Counted from the stretch's first letter, positions 20,354-31,810 are shown. The stretch: DNA of 64,000 nucleotides from an uncultured Bacteroidota bacterium (GCA_963700635.1 CAVOYH010000004.1:736001-800000), one strand, 5' to 3'. The notes: generated by a model from the sequence alone, not told the origin. Made by a program: numbers and translations.

Positions 20354-21516
20354 TGTTTGACAACGAGTTCCCCCCTCTCGGTGGCGGAACAGGGGTCGTC
20401 AACCTCCACCTCTTCGAGGAGCTCTCCCGCTATCCCGACGTGCACATCGACCTCGTCACCTCCTCCCGCACGCCGTCTACGTACGAGTATGAACAGTTCT
20501 CCGCGCGGATCGGCCTGCACAAAGTGCCCGTGGACAACCGGAACATTCATCACGCAACGTTTCGCGAGCTGCTGCGATTCAGCGCACGCGGAATTTGGAA
20601 GGGCCGGCAACTGGCCCGGCGGCGTGTGTACGACCTTACCTTCGCCTTCTCCGGAGTTCCCGCCGGCGCGATGAGCAACGCGATGCGAAGTCTCGCCGGG
20701 CTGCCGTATGTTGTTTCGCTCCAGGGACCCGACGTGCCCGGATTTGAGGAGCGGTACCGGCGCCTCTACCCGTTTCTTTCCCCGTTGCTGAAGCGTGTCT
20801 GGAAGGATGCCGGCGCCGTTCTCGCTATCAGCGAGACGCACCGGATGCTGGCTCATCGTTTCCTCCCCGATCAGAAGATCCGGATTATCCATAACGGGGT
20901 CGATACCGGACTGTTCTCCCCCCGTGCAGAACGGGAGACACACGCGCCCGTCCGCCTGGTCTGTGTGGGGCGCCTGATTGAACGGAAAGGGCAACACCAT
21001 CTGCTTCACGCATTTGCCCGGCTTCCGGCGGAAACCCGGAACCGGTGCAGGCTGGTTCTTGCCGGGACAGGTGATGCGGAGGCGGGGTTGCGTGTGTGCG
21101 CCGACCAGCTCGACCTCGCCAACCACGTGACCTTCCTCGGGTATGTTCCCCGTGAAGCAATGCCCGAAGTGTACACGCAGGCCGACATCTTTGTTCTCCC
21201 TTCCCAGAACGAAGGCATGTCGATGGCGCTGCTCGAGGCAATGGCATCGGGGCTCCCCGTGGTGGTGACGGATACCGGAGGTTCGTCGGAGCTTGTCCAT
21301 TCAGGCGTGAACGGATTTGTCATACCGTGGGGGGATGTTCCGATGCTCACAGAGGCCCTGGATCGACTTGTGCAGGATCAGCTTCTGCGGACCGCGATGG
21401 GCAGAGCGTCAAGGGTGACGGCCGAACGGTTCTCCTGGCCGACCATCACCAGAGAATACCTCGATGTGTGTGAGGAGGTGGTCCGTTTGAATCCCCGGAA
21501 GAAAAAAACACCGTGA
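20353..21516 (+). CDS. glycosyltransferase family 4
   Basis: EFPPLGGG, NGVD, GRLIERKG, EGMSMALLEAMASG. Confidence 0.9.
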   Translation: MFDNEFPPLGGGTGVVNLHLFEELSRYPDVHIDLVTSSRTPSTYEYEQFSARIGLHKVPVDNRNIHHATFRELLRFSARGIWKGRQLARRRVYDLTFAFSGVPAGAMSNAMRSLAGLPYVVSLQGPDVPGFEERYRRLYPFLSPLLKRVWKDAGAVLAISETHRMLAHRFLPDQKIRIIHNGVDTGLFSPRAERETHAPVRLVCVGRLIERKGQHHLLHAFARLPAETRNRCRLVLAGTGDAEAGLRVCADQLDLANHVTFLGYVPREAMPEVYTQADIFVLPSQNEGMSMALLEAMASGLPVVVTDTGGSSELVHSGVNGFVIPWGDVPMLTEALDRLVQDQLLRTAMGRASRVTAERFSWPTITREYLDVCEEVVRLNPRKKKTP

Positions 21517-22640
21517 TCGCCCCTGCCCGTGTCCCTGTCTGTATCCTGGCGAGCCAGTACTTTGGCTGGGGAACCTTCGGCGGATTCGGGAGCATGTCCA
21601 GGAAGCTTGCCGAAGGGCTTGTGCGGGCGGGGTGGGAGACCGAAGTCATCGTGCCCCGGCGGCAGGACCAGAAGCCGGAAGAGTTCATCAATGGAGTGCG
21701 CGTCCGGAGTTTCCCCGTATCCAGACCGGCCGAGGCGATACGTCTCCTCCGATCTTCGCCGGCAAGGATCTTCCATTCGCAGGACCCGACCATTCTCACC
21801 ACACTCGCACAAACCGTACACCCCGGCCGTGTCCATCTTGTGACGTGCCGTGATCCAAGGGACATACACGACTGGCTGACGGAATTCCGCCATGCCACCT
21901 TGCGCCGGCGTATTCTCACGCCGTTGCATCTGCTTACGGAGTCCGGGCCGCTGGTTTCCCGCGGCGTCCGGCGTGCGGACGCGGTCTATGTCCCGGCGCA
22001 CTTTCTCCGCACAAAGGTCCAACGGATGTACGGGCTGCCTGACCCGGCCGGATTTCTTCCGAACCTGATCGATGTTCCCGCATCGGTTCCCCATAAACCT
22101 GCTGTGCCTGTGCTGACCTCCATCAGCCGCTGGGACCGGCGGAAACGGCCGGAGTTATTTCTGAAACTTGCCGCTGAATTCCCTTCGTACCGGTTTGTCG
22201 CGGTGGGCAGGGGGAGTGCGACGGCCGAAGCAGAGTACGATGAACAGCTCAGGGAGCGTTTCAGCGGGATTCCCAATCTTGAGCTTCCGGGGCTTATCAA
22301 CCGTTTCACCGAACCGGAAAAGATGAAGAAGCTTCTTGACGAAACGTGGATTTTCGTGAATACCGCAGCCCGCGAAGGGCTTCCCCTGACCTTTCTGGAA
22401 GCGGCGGCGCACGGATGTGCGATTCTGAGTGCCGTGAACCCGGACGGTTTTGCGGAGCGGTTCGGGGTGCATGTGCGGGATGATGATTTTTCCGGAGCCG
22501 TGCGCCGGCTCCTTGAATCGTCACCCTTTGATCTGGGTGTCGGCGCCCATGCGTATGTCCGCTCGACCTATGAATGTGCCGCCGCGTTGAATGTTCACAT
22601 CGAGGAGTACCAACGGCATGCTCGCCGAAAAGGTCTCTAA
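21513..22640 (+). CDS. glycosyltransferase family 4
   Basis: GGFG N-terminal loop, RKRP, EGLPLTFLEAAAHG. Confidence 0.85.
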   Translation: MIAPARVPVCILASQYFGWGTFGGFGSMSRKLAEGLVRAGWETEVIVPRRQDQKPEEFINGVRVRSFPVSRPAEAIRLLRSSPARIFHSQDPTILTTLAQTVHPGRVHLVTCRDPRDIHDWLTEFRHATLRRRILTPLHLLTESGPLVSRGVRRADAVYVPAHFLRTKVQRMYGLPDPAGFLPNLIDVPASVPHKPAVPVLTSISRWDRRKRPELFLKLAAEFPSYRFVAVGRGSATAEAEYDEQLRERFSGIPNLELPGLINRFTEPEKMKKLLDETWIFVNTAAREGLPLTFLEAAAHGCAILSAVNPDGFAERFGVHVRDDDFSGAVRRLLESSPFDLGVGAHAYVRSTYECAAALNVHIEEYQRHARRKGL

Positions 22641-24159
22641 AGGGATTCTCTCCGTGGGTGTGTGGACGATCACGCGGGTGCTGGTCTCAGCGCTCGCCAC
22701 ACCGTTTTTTTCGCGAATCCTGGGCACCGACGGTTACGGCGACTATGCATACTACCTCGCACTCACGTTTCTGGCGGTTCCCCTTGCGAGTGCAGGGACT
22801 CTTCAGACGCTGTCCAAATACATCTCTGAATCGGCGGACCCGCTGCGCCGCGCCCGTGTCGCCCGCCTCGCCAGCGTGATCTCGCTGGCAGGATTTGTGA
22901 TTGTCGGTACCGCGGTCACCATCGTACTTCTCCGCGGCGGCACCGCAACGCCGCCGTGGGCATTGAACATCGTGCTCTTACTCTGTATCGGGTTCGATGT
23001 TCTCTGGTTTTATGCGCGTGGTATTCTCTACGGGTTGCACCGGGAAGAACGCGCAGGAATTCCCGGTGCCATCGCCTCTGTACTCGGCACGGTCGTCAGT
23101 GTTGTCATGGCCCTCCTGGGCTACGGGCTGATCGGGGTGTTTTCGGGTCTGCTGCTCGGCAATGCCTTTATGTCGCTGGTCGCGCTCCGCGCCGCCCGAC
23201 AGCTGCTCCCGGGCACACGCCTGCAGTCAGCTCTAACCTCATCCGATCCCCGGCCGCGGGAAGTGCTCTGGTTTGCGCTGTCCACCATGGTGTACACATC
23301 CCTCAGCATGGTGCTCTACAAATCGGGGATAGTCGTGGTGCATCATCTTACCGGGAACAGCACTTCAACCGGACTGTATGCGACCGGACTCCAGATGGCG
23401 GAATTTGTCTGGGTCTTTATCATTGCGGTGGAAGGTGTCATGGTGCAGGCCACGTCCCGCCTCTGGATGGAAGGACGCATGGCTGACCTCGCCATCATGG
23501 TGAGCCGCATGCTCCGGTACGTGTCAGTTGGCACGGCGTTTATCCTTCTGTATGTTCTGGTGTTTGCGGAAGATCTGATCGTCGTGTATTTCGGTCCCCG
23601 TTTTGCGGATGCGGCGCCGGTGCTGCAATTACTCGTCCCCGGGGTCTTCAGCTATTCTCTCGCACGGCTTCTTGGTCCGGTACTGCATGCCCGGGGCTCT
23701 GTGCTCACGCTGGCAGTCATCGTCGGGACCTCCGCGTGCCTGAATATCCTGTTATGTTTTCTCCTTATTCCGTGGCTCGGGATTTCCGGAGCAGGTATTT
23801 CTACATCCATCGCGTATGGTATTGTCATGCTTCCGTATGTCTTGCTTCTCCGCAGACGGGCCGTCCATGTGTTTCAGGGGTTTGCGCCGCAACGGCAATT
23901 GCTCCTCGGCATTCTCGCGGGCGCTGTGATGCTCATCGTGAGCCTGACGCCCTGGAGTCCTCCGGTCCGGCTGATTGTGGGCGGAGTGGCGGGGGGCATA
24001 AGCTTTTTTGTCCTTGCCCTGCGTATCCGTGTCCTCCGTGTGCCTGAACTTGTGGCAATCGTTGACAGTCTGCCCGGCGCAGCCCGCTCAACCGGGCGGC
24101 GCCTGATCGACCGTCTCGAACCGTTCCTCACAATTGTTGCAGGAGGAAGCAGGCCATGA
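22618..24159 (+). CDS. Wzx-like polysaccharide flippase
   Basis: SRILGTDGYG, about 12-14 TM, LIPWLGISGAGIST. Confidence 0.85.
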   Translation: MLAEKVSKGILSVGVWTITRVLVSALATPFFSRILGTDGYGDYAYYLALTFLAVPLASAGTLQTLSKYISESADPLRRARVARLASVISLAGFVIVGTAVTIVLLRGGTATPPWALNIVLLLCIGFDVLWFYARGILYGLHREERAGIPGAIASVLGTVVSVVMALLGYGLIGVFSGLLLGNAFMSLVALRAARQLLPGTRLQSALTSSDPRPREVLWFALSTMVYTSLSMVLYKSGIVVVHHLTGNSTSTGLYATGLQMAEFVWVFIIAVEGVMVQATSRLWMEGRMADLAIMVSRMLRYVSVGTAFILLYVLVFAEDLIVVYFGPRFADAAPVLQLLVPGVFSYSLARLLGPVLHARGSVLTLAVIVGTSACLNILLCFLLIPWLGISGAGISTSIAYGIVMLPYVLLLRRRAVHVFQGFAPQRQLLLGILAGAVMLIVSLTPWSPPVRLIVGGVAGGISFFVLALRIRVLRVPELVAIVDSLPGAARSTGRRLIDRLEPFLTIVAGGSRP

Positions 24160-24989
24160 ACGGAAAGATCAGCGTCATCATCCCGACGCTTGGACGTCCG
24201 ACGCTGGCGTTTACGCTTGAGGGACTCAAACACCAGACAACACAAGCCGATGAGATTCATGTTGTGCTGGACACCGCGTTGCGCGGCGTCGGGTGGGCAA
24301 GGAATGAGGGTCTTCGCCGTTCCTCCGGAGACATTATCGCGTTTCTGGATGATGACACGATTCCTCCGCCCCACTGGCTGGAATCGATGGTTGCTGCCAT
24401 GCAAAACCATGGAGCGGATGGGGCAGGGGGGTCGTTCCACGAAACCGATCCGTTTCTTCACGAGATCAGGATGCTCCATCCACCGCCTGACCATTACTCC
24501 ATGGACGGTCCCGGCCATGTCGGGAATGGCGGGAATCTTCTTCTGCGCCGGCGTGTGTTTGATGTGTGTCTGGAACGGGATGGATACTGGTTTGTCGAAT
24601 CGTGGAAGGCGTTCGGGTCTGAAGACTGGGAGCTGATCATGCGTGTACGCGCCTATGGATTTCACCTCGTCTATCTGCCCGTCCACATGCAACACCTGCG
24701 CCGTGTTACTCCGCGTACATACTGGCGTCATCAATTTAAGCGGGGTGTTGGGATCTTCAGACTCGACCGCGAGATCCGGCGGAGGGGTATGCTTCCGCCC
24801 CAGCCCAGCCTTCTCTGGGATCCACAACACAACGTCCTTCTGCGGTGGCTTCGTATCGTTGCGGCAAAAGTGGTGGGACCGTTCACGTGGAGGAAGTTTT
24901 CGCGGAAACGGTTCTTTTTCGTCCACTGGGTTGCAGAGAAAATGCAAAGTCTAGGGTATCTATGGGGGATGATACGTCATGAACAATAG
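24156..24989 (+). CDS. glycosyltransferase family 2
   Basis: SVIIPT, ARNEG, FLDDD, EDWEL. Confidence 0.88.
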   Translation: MNGKISVIIPTLGRPTLAFTLEGLKHQTTQADEIHVVLDTALRGVGWARNEGLRRSSGDIIAFLDDDTIPPPHWLESMVAAMQNHGADGAGGSFHETDPFLHEIRMLHPPPDHYSMDGPGHVGNGGNLLLRRRVFDVCLERDGYWFVESWKAFGSEDWELIMRVRAYGFHLVYLPVHMQHLRRVTPRTYWRHQFKRGVGIFRLDREIRRRGMLPPQPSLLWDPQHNVLLRWLRIVAAKVVGPFTWRKFSRKRFFFVHWVAEKMQSLGYLWGMIRHEQ

Positions 24990-26521
24990 CCGCATCGGCC
25001 TGTCAGAATTCCTCCTCCTGCTCCTGGGGGGGGCTTTGTTCGTCGGTATCTCATCGTACCGCTTGACTGAACTCCCGCCGGCGTGGTGGGATGAGGGGTG
25101 GACGCTGAGTGTGGCGCGGAATTGGGTTGAGGAGGGACACTACAGCCACTATCTTCTGGGTGAACCTGTGATGCCGTCGCTGGCGGCACATTTCCCGGTG
25201 GTTGCCCTCGTGTCAGGAAGTTTTGCCATCTTTGGTGTTGGGCTCCTGCAGGCACGCGCCGTTTTTGTGGTGTGCTCGCTTCTCTCTCTTCTGCTCCTGT
25301 ATCTCCTCACGCGCCGCCTCGTCTCCCGTCGCGCGGCCGCGCTTTCGATGGTCCTGCTGTGCGTTTTTCCTGTTCAGTGGGATCTTACGCCTGCCCTGCT
25401 GGGGAGACAGGTTCTGGGAGAAATGCCGGCGCTGATTTTTCTGACGTCAGGATTTCTCCTGCTGCTGCACAGCGGGGGAATCCGCCGCCGCTATCTCGCC
25501 GCCGCCGGACTGGCATTCGGCGTCGCCATGGCAACCAAGGCCCAGGTGCCGCCATTTGTGGTTTCAGGATTTGTTCTGACGGGCGTGGTCTTTTTCTGGA
25601 GGGACCGGCGTACGACGTGGACTCTGCTGGCGGTTCTGGGCGTTGCCTATGCCACCTCTTTTGGCGTCGGGTGGCTCCGCTCTGTAGTGATCAATGTATC
25701 AGGAGTCCGGCCGGGATCACTTTCCGATTTTACCGGAGTGATAGCCCTGGTGTTCGATAGCGACATCCGTATTTTGACATTCCGGTTTGCCCTTGTGTCT
25801 GCTCTTCCCATCACACTCGGATTACTTGCGGCTTCCCTGGGGCATTATCGTCTGATACGGCAGGGCCCACCGCCGGACTGGAGGGAGCCAGTCAGTCTGA
25901 TCCTTCTGGGTGTCTCTGCAAGCTGGTTCTTCTGGTATGTTTTTCTGTCGATTGGCTGGGGCCGGCACGTGTTCCCTGCGTTTTCCTAGCCGTCCCGTTT
26001 GTCTCAGCATTTTTCCTCCGGCTGATTGACCGGGTCTTCGGAACCCGCACGGGGCCGGACATGCAGGTACCGGCATTCTCCCCGGCCGGTGGCTTACAGC
26101 GTCTCGGGGCAGCCCTGCTCCTTCTGGTTTTTGCAGCGGTTCTTGGCCGTCAAACTACGATGGGTATTCGCGAAGTCCCGCTTCTGGCAAGAGAATCGGG
26201 ACTTAACGCGGTGACCGATTATATCAATGAGCACACTCCCGGAGGGAGTACGATAGAGACCTACGAGAGCGAACTGCTTTTTCTGCTGGACCGGCCCTGC
26301 CATTTTCCCCTCCCGGATTGAATATCGATCTGATCCGGAAGAGCTGGCTGGACTCTACATGGACGATGCGGTACGATCTGCGCACAATCAAAACGGACTA
26401 TCTTGTTGTCGGGCTGTTTGGCGGTGGTCTTTATGAACCGATTATCCGGGAAGGCGCATATACGATAATCGGGAAGTTCGGCGATTACCGGCTCTATCAA
26501 CGGAAAGACCACAGCCGGTAG
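24979..26521 (+). CDS. ArnT/PMT-like GT-C glycosyltransferase, split by two apparent frameshifts (near 25985 and 26310)
   Basis: WWDEG motif and many TM; reading continues in ORFs 26061..26321 and 26318..26521. Confidence 0.7.
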
Positions 26522-26556
26522 CATTTTCCTGTTGAAGTTGGTATTTTTGTTCTGTC

Positions 26557-27724
26557 ATGATGATGAAGAGAGATCGTCCGAAACAGATAGCCCACCTTGA
26601 CCTCGACTGTTTTTTTGTCTCCGTAGAACGTATCGAGGATCCCGCCTTGCGGGGAAAACCGGTTGCGGTCGGCGGATCTCCGCAGGGGCGGGGTGTTGTA
26701 GCGTCGGCGTCATACGAAGCCCGGGCGTTTGGAGTCCGGTCGGCCATGTCTGCCGCCCAGGCACTCCGGTTGTGTCCTACCCTGGTGCTGGTCCGGGGGC
26801 ATCACCGCGACTACGGAGAAATCTCTGACCGCCTCTGCACGCGCCTGCAGGAACTTGCACCCGTTGTGGAACGTGCCTCGATCGACGAATTCTACCTGGA
26901 TCTCACCGGATGTGAGGGACTTTACGGAGGTGATCTGGGGAAGTTTATCCGGATCATCCAGCAGCTGGTCCTCGAAGAATTCAGCCTGCCCTGCTCGGTA
27001 GCCCTCGCGAGCAACAAGACGCTGGCAAAAATCGCCGTCGGGACGGTGAAACCATCGGGAGTGTGTGTGGTTCCGCCCGGAGAGGAAGCGAATTTCCTCG
27101 CACCGCTGCCCATCGGGGTGATACCCGGCGTGGGCGCCAAAACAGAGGCCCGGCTCATTGCAAGGGGAATCCGGACGATCCAGGATATGCAGCAGCGTAC
27201 CCTCGAGCAGATTACCACCCTGCTCGGCGCCCACGGTGTCTGGCTTCATGATGTGGCACACGGCCGCGGGAGCGAAGAACTTGTCACACACTGGACGCGC
27301 AAGAGCATCAGCAGGGGGAAGAGACGTTTTCCGTCGACCTGAAGAGTTTTGAAGAGCTCGAGCAGGAAATGCACCTGCTCGTCGAAGACGTGTGCTCGAC
27401 TCTGCGCGGCAAGGGCTGGCGCACGCAGACGATTCAGGTGAAAATCCGATATAACGATTTTTCCACGTTTACCTCGGCGCGGACGGTTGAAGGGACTAAC
27501 GATGATCCGGTAGTGTACCGGGCAACAAAGGAGCTGCTCCGGCATCTGTACGATGCCCGTCCGGTGCGCCTTCTCGGCGTGCATCTTTCGAATTTTACGT
27601 CGGGCGAACAGCTCCAGCTCGATTTTGCGGACCGGAGTCAGGGCAGGGAGAACGGATGTTGAAGGCCGTGGACGATCTGCGGGCAAAATTCGGCGATGAT
27701 GTGATTCATGTGGGGCATGCATGA
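26557..27724 (+). CDS. dinB: DNA polymerase IV, with two apparent frameshifts (near 27315 and 27650)
   Basis: HLDLDCFF, ASYEAR, SIDE; little-finger domain (VKIRYNDF, VRLLGV) and tail AVDDLRAKFG lie in other frames. Confidence 0.88.
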
Positions 27725-29142
27725 TCGGACCGCTGGCGATTGTGGATGTTGAGACCACGGGGATGAGCGCGGCGTACGGGCGCATCATCGAGATCGGCGT
27801 CATCAGGGTGGAAAAGGGGAAGGTCGTGCGTGCGTACGAATCGCTCGTGGACCCCGAATGTTACGTCCAGCCGCTCATCCAGCAGCTGACCGGCATCAAC
27901 AATCAGGACGTGGAGGGTGCGCCGTTATTTTCCGAGATATCACGTGAGGTGGCGGCGCTTCTGGATGGGGCGATCTTTGTTGCGCACAATGCCCGGTTTG
28001 ATGTGGGGTTTCTGAAACAGGAGTTTGCGCGCGTGGGGCGCCCGTTCTCGCCCCGGTGTCTGTGCACGATGAAACTCTCGCGCCGGCTCTTCCCCGAACA
28101 CCGGCGGCACGATCTGGGAAGTATCATCGAACGGTACCGGCTGGAGTGTCCGGCGCGCCACCGTGCCATGGGCGACGCGCGGGCAGTGTACGCGTTTCTC
28201 CGGTATCTGGAAGAGAAGGAGCCGGAGGACCGGCTTTCAGGTGCGCTGCAGCACGTGCTCAAGGATGCACGCCTGCCGCCCCACGTCGAACGGGCGGACG
28301 TCCGGACTCTTCCCGATAGCTGCGGTGTGTACATCTTTTACGGCAGCCAGGAGGAGGTGCTGTACGTCGGCAAGAGCAAGACAATCCGCACCCGGGTGCT
28401 GGGCCATTTTGCGGACGACAGCCGTTCGACCAAGGAAATGGAACTGGGCCGGTCTGTCACCCGCATTGAGACACGGTCCACTCCCGGTGAGCTGGGCGCG
28501 CTCCTGCTCGAGTCCGAGCTGATCAAACAACTCCGGCCGGTTTACAATACGCGCTCCCGGAGTATCCGCCGTGTCATCCTGGCCCGGGGCAGAAAGTCGA
28601 AGGAGGGATATCTGGAAATATCCCTTGAACCCACGGAAGAGATCGCAGCATCCGGGTGCACGTCGATACTTGCCGTCTTCAAGTCGCGCAAACAGGCCGA
28701 CGAATTCCTCAGGGATACGGCCCAGGAATATCATCTCTGTTCCAAACTCCTTGGACTGGAACGTTCGAAGGGCGCCTGCTTCGGATATCATCTTCATCAA
28801 TGCGGGGGTGCGTGTATTGGCGAGGAAGCGGTGGCGGAATACAATCGCCGGGTGGAAGAAGCATTCCAGCGCAGACGGGTCGTGGCATGGCCGTACCCCG
28901 GCACGATCGGCATCGAAGAAACCGATCCGCGCACCGAAGAAACACAGATGTTTTTTGTGGACAACTGGTGTCTTATCGGCACAGCCCGCGCGGCGAACGG
29001 GATGGAACGGCTGGAAGCCGCACCCACAGTCCGGTTCGATTATGATACCTACAAAATTCTGGCAAGGTTTATCATGAACCCGGCCAACAAACGGAGCATC
29101 AAGAGAGTCGCCTGGCCTATGAATACGGAGCGTTCCGCATGA
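27721..29142 (+). CDS. DnaQ-like DEDDh exonuclease fused to a GIY-YIG (UvrC/Cho-like) nuclease
   Basis: DVETTG, AHNARFD, HRAMGDA; GVYIFY...LYVGKS; C-x-x-x-x-x-x-x-C-G-G-A-C cluster. Confidence 0.88.
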   Translation: MIGPLAIVDVETTGMSAAYGRIIEIGVIRVEKGKVVRAYESLVDPECYVQPLIQQLTGINNQDVEGAPLFSEISREVAALLDGAIFVAHNARFDVGFLKQEFARVGRPFSPRCLCTMKLSRRLFPEHRRHDLGSIIERYRLECPARHRAMGDARAVYAFLRYLEEKEPEDRLSGALQHVLKDARLPPHVERADVRTLPDSCGVYIFYGSQEEVLYVGKSKTIRTRVLGHFADDSRSTKEMELGRSVTRIETRSTPGELGALLLESELIKQLRPVYNTRSRSIRRVILARGRKSKEGYLEISLEPTEEIAASGCTSILAVFKSRKQADEFLRDTAQEYHLCSKLLGLERSKGACFGYHLHQCGGACIGEEAVAEYNRRVEEAFQRRRVVAWPYPGTIGIEETDPRTEETQMFFVDNWCLIGTARAANGMERLEAAPTVRFDYDTYKILARFIMNPANKRSIKRVAWPMNTERSA

Positions 29143-29863
29143 AAAAATCCCGGCAGTCCACGGAAAGCCCTGACGAGGCGATGCGCTACGTCACCACGGA
29201 TATGATCAGGCGGGCGCTGCGCTGGCCCGCCGGCGGGGACGCACGGTCATCATCTCCAAAACGGCAAGAGGAAAGGGAGTGGACATTTCGACGCTCGACC
29301 CCGATTCCCCTGAAGGGCTGCAGCGGCTCACCGCCTATCTCACACCCGTGCAGCGGCACTATACGTTTTCCGGTCTTGGAGCGCCCGAAGAACCAGACGC
29401 CATAAACTGGCGGCAGATCAACTTCGGCTTCTTCCGGAGGGTCCGGGTGTTGGTGCAGGTAGGCGTGTCGTTCTTCTTAAAAGGCACTCCCCTCAAGAAC
29501 CGCCTCTACCGGCGGATGGGGGCGCATATCGGACGGAATGTGGAAATCATGCAGATGGTGTGGCTGGATCATTTCAGGCCGGAACTAATTTTTGTGGGCG
29601 ACAACACGCTTATCGGGGCTTTCAGCCGGCTTACCGTGCACGCCTACGAAGGGTCGGGAAAATTCCGGTACGGACTTATCGAAATCGGGAAGCAGTGTGT
29701 CATAGGGGCAGGTACGGGCATCGGCCCGATTCTTATCGAAGATGGTGTACGGACACTACCAGGTACGACGCTTTCTCCGTATCTTGCAAGGGTACGGGCG
29801 GGCTCCGTGGTGGGATTTTCTCCGCCACCGGTCAAACTTCCTGACCCCCCGGCCGCCACCTGA
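29139..29863 (+). CDS. hexapeptide-repeat acyltransferase-like protein; probable frameshift near 29220, or a true start at GTG 29279
   Basis: RRMGAHIGRNV, IFVGDNTLIG, IEIGKQCVIGA left-handed beta-helix repeats. Confidence 0.65.
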
Positions 29864-29902
29864 TCCGCAAGCGACTATTCATTCATAATATCGGAGTCTC
29901 AC

Positions 29903-30289
29903 GTGCATATCCATGTAGCCAATCTCCCGAGGGAGATCGATGAAAAAGAAATCCGGAAGCTGTTTGCCCCCTACGGGACACTCAGCTCGGTAAAGATTGA
30001 CCTGGACAAACTGACGGGCAAGCCAACGGGTTTTGCCGAGGTGGAAATTGCCGAAGATGAACAGGGCAAAAAAGCCATCAGCGAACTTCACGGAAAAAAG
30101 CTCACGGACTACGCGCTTTCGCTGAAGGACATCACCGAGCCCAAGGAAGGCGAAAAACACCAGGAGGGCAAAGGCGGCCGGGGACGAAAAGGCGGGGATG
30201 GGACCCGGGGCGGAGCACGCGGATACGGCTTCCGCGGAGGCGGGTCGCAGGGTGGCGTCGCGCGACGGGGTGGGCAGCGTGGTTCGTAA
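29903..30289 (+). CDS. RRM RNA-binding protein with Gly/Arg-rich tail
   Basis: RNP2 IHVANL, RNP1-like TGFAEVEI, RGG-rich C-terminus. Confidence 0.88.
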   Translation: MHIHVANLPREIDEKEIRKLFAPYGTLSSVKIDLDKLTGKPTGFAEVEIAEDEQGKKAISELHGKKLTDYALSLKDITEPKEGEKHQEGKGGRGRKGGDGTRGGARGYGFRGGGSQGGVARRGGQRGS

Positions 30290-30334
30290 AACGTATGCCG
30301 GGACCGGCAGCATGCGCGGGGGAGTATCAGCCTG

Positions 30335-31153
30335 ATGCATGTCCGCGTTCTCGGAAGTTCAAGTGCCGGCAACTGTACGGTCATCTGGGAAGACCATCGC
30401 GCTATCCTCATTGATATAGGGTTCAGCTTACGCTATATCAGCAGGCACCTGCGGACGGTCGGACTTACGCTGCGGGAAGTGGCGGGTGTGGTGATCACCC
30501 ATGCGCACGGGGACCATGTGCATCCGCAGACGCTCATCAGCCTCATGGCGCTGGGCATTCCTGTTCTTGCGCCGCATACCGTTCTGGAAGTGCTGGGCGA
30601 TCAATACCGGGATTTCCGCAAGGCCAGCGGAACACCCCGCATCCGTCCCGTTGTATCCGGCCACGCCGAGGTCGGCCCCTTCGTGCTGGATGCCTGTGCG
30701 GTTCCGCATGATGCGCCGGGCGGATGTTATTCGTATGCCGTTATGGCGGAAAACCATGCGGGAATGGCGAAGGCCACAGTGGCCACGGATCTGGGGTATG
30801 TGCCCGAGGGGCTCGCCGCCCACTGTGCTGACTCCCACGTTCTCGTGGTTGAATCCAATCACGACCCGGTCATGCTGGAAAGCTCCCGCCGGCCCCTCTG
30901 GCTGAAGGAGCGTATCCGGACGATCGGCCATCTCTCCAACGATCAGTCCGGCCGGTTCGTGCGTGACGTGCTTTCGGTGTCCAGCTTCCTGCCCGAGGCG
31001 GTTGTGCTTGCCCACGTCAGCAACGAATGTAATACCAACGCGCGGGCGGTGGCCTCCATGCAGCAAAATCTCCACGATCACGGCGCACAGACCGTGCGGG
31101 TTGTGGAAACCTTCCGGAATGCACCCAACGAAACGGTATCCTTCTGCATCTGA
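30335..31153 (+). CDS. MBL-fold metallo-hydrolase (YycJ/WalJ-like)
   Basis: LGSSSAGN, THAHGDH, VPHDA, ESNHD, GHLSN. Confidence 0.88.
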   Translation: MHVRVLGSSSAGNCTVIWEDHRAILIDIGFSLRYISRHLRTVGLTLREVAGVVITHAHGDHVHPQTLISLMALGIPVLAPHTVLEVLGDQYRDFRKASGTPRIRPVVSGHAEVGPFVLDACAVPHDAPGGCYSYAVMAENHAGMAKATVATDLGYVPEGLAAHCADSHVLVVESNHDPVMLESSRRPLWLKERIRTIGHLSNDQSGRFVRDVLSVSSFLPEAVVLAHVSNECNTNARAVASMQQNLHDHGAQTVRVVETFRNAPNETVSFCI

Positions 31154-31183
31154 GTGAACCCTTCGGGCCGAAATAATGTTAAG

Positions 31184-31810
31184 ATGAGCATGAGAATCTA
31201 TCAGGTGACAACCATCATGCTGCTTCTTGTTTCAGCGGCGTTTTCACAACAGTCCGGACGCAAAACCATGGAAAAGGCGACTCTCGGTGCAGGATGTTTC
31301 TGGTGTGTGGAGGCGGTGTTCGAACGGCTGGACGGCGTTACGGCAGTCGTGGCCGGATACGCCGGAGGGAAGACGCCCGATCCAACATACGATCAGGTGT
31401 GCTCGGGAAACACCGGACACGCAGAAGTCGCAGAAATTACGTTCGATCCCGCCCGCCTGACCTACACGCGGCTGCTCGATCTGTTCTGGGAAGCGCACGA
31501 TCCCACAACATTAAACCGGCAGGGGGGCGACGTCGGAACGCAGTACCGCTCGGTGATCTTTTATCACTCGGCTGCCCAGAAGGCGGCTGCCGAAGCTTCC
31601 CGCACACAGGCACAAAAATATTTTGACCGCCCCATCGTTACAGAAATCCAGCCGCTCGAGCGTTTTTACGCGGCGGAAAATTACCATCAGGATTATTTCC
31701 GGAATAATCCCAATGCAGCATACTGCAAGATGGTGATCCAGCCGAAGCTCGATAAACTCAAGGCGAAGGAAAAAGAGAAGAGCAGGGAGAAGGGTAAGGC
31801 GGCGCAGTAA
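31184..31810 (+). CDS. msrA: peptide-methionine (S)-S-oxide reductase with signal peptide
   Basis: GCFWC, TGHAE, QYRS, AENYHQDY. Confidence 0.95.
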   Translation: MSMRIYQVTTIMLLLVSAAFSQQSGRKTMEKATLGAGCFWCVEAVFERLDGVTAVVAGYAGGKTPDPTYDQVCSGNTGHAEVAEITFDPARLTYTRLLDLFWEAHDPTTLNRQGGDVGTQYRSVIFYHSAAQKAAAEASRTQAQKYFDRPIVTEIQPLERFYAAENYHQDYFRNNPNAAYCKMVIQPKLDKLKAKEKEKSREKGKAAQ

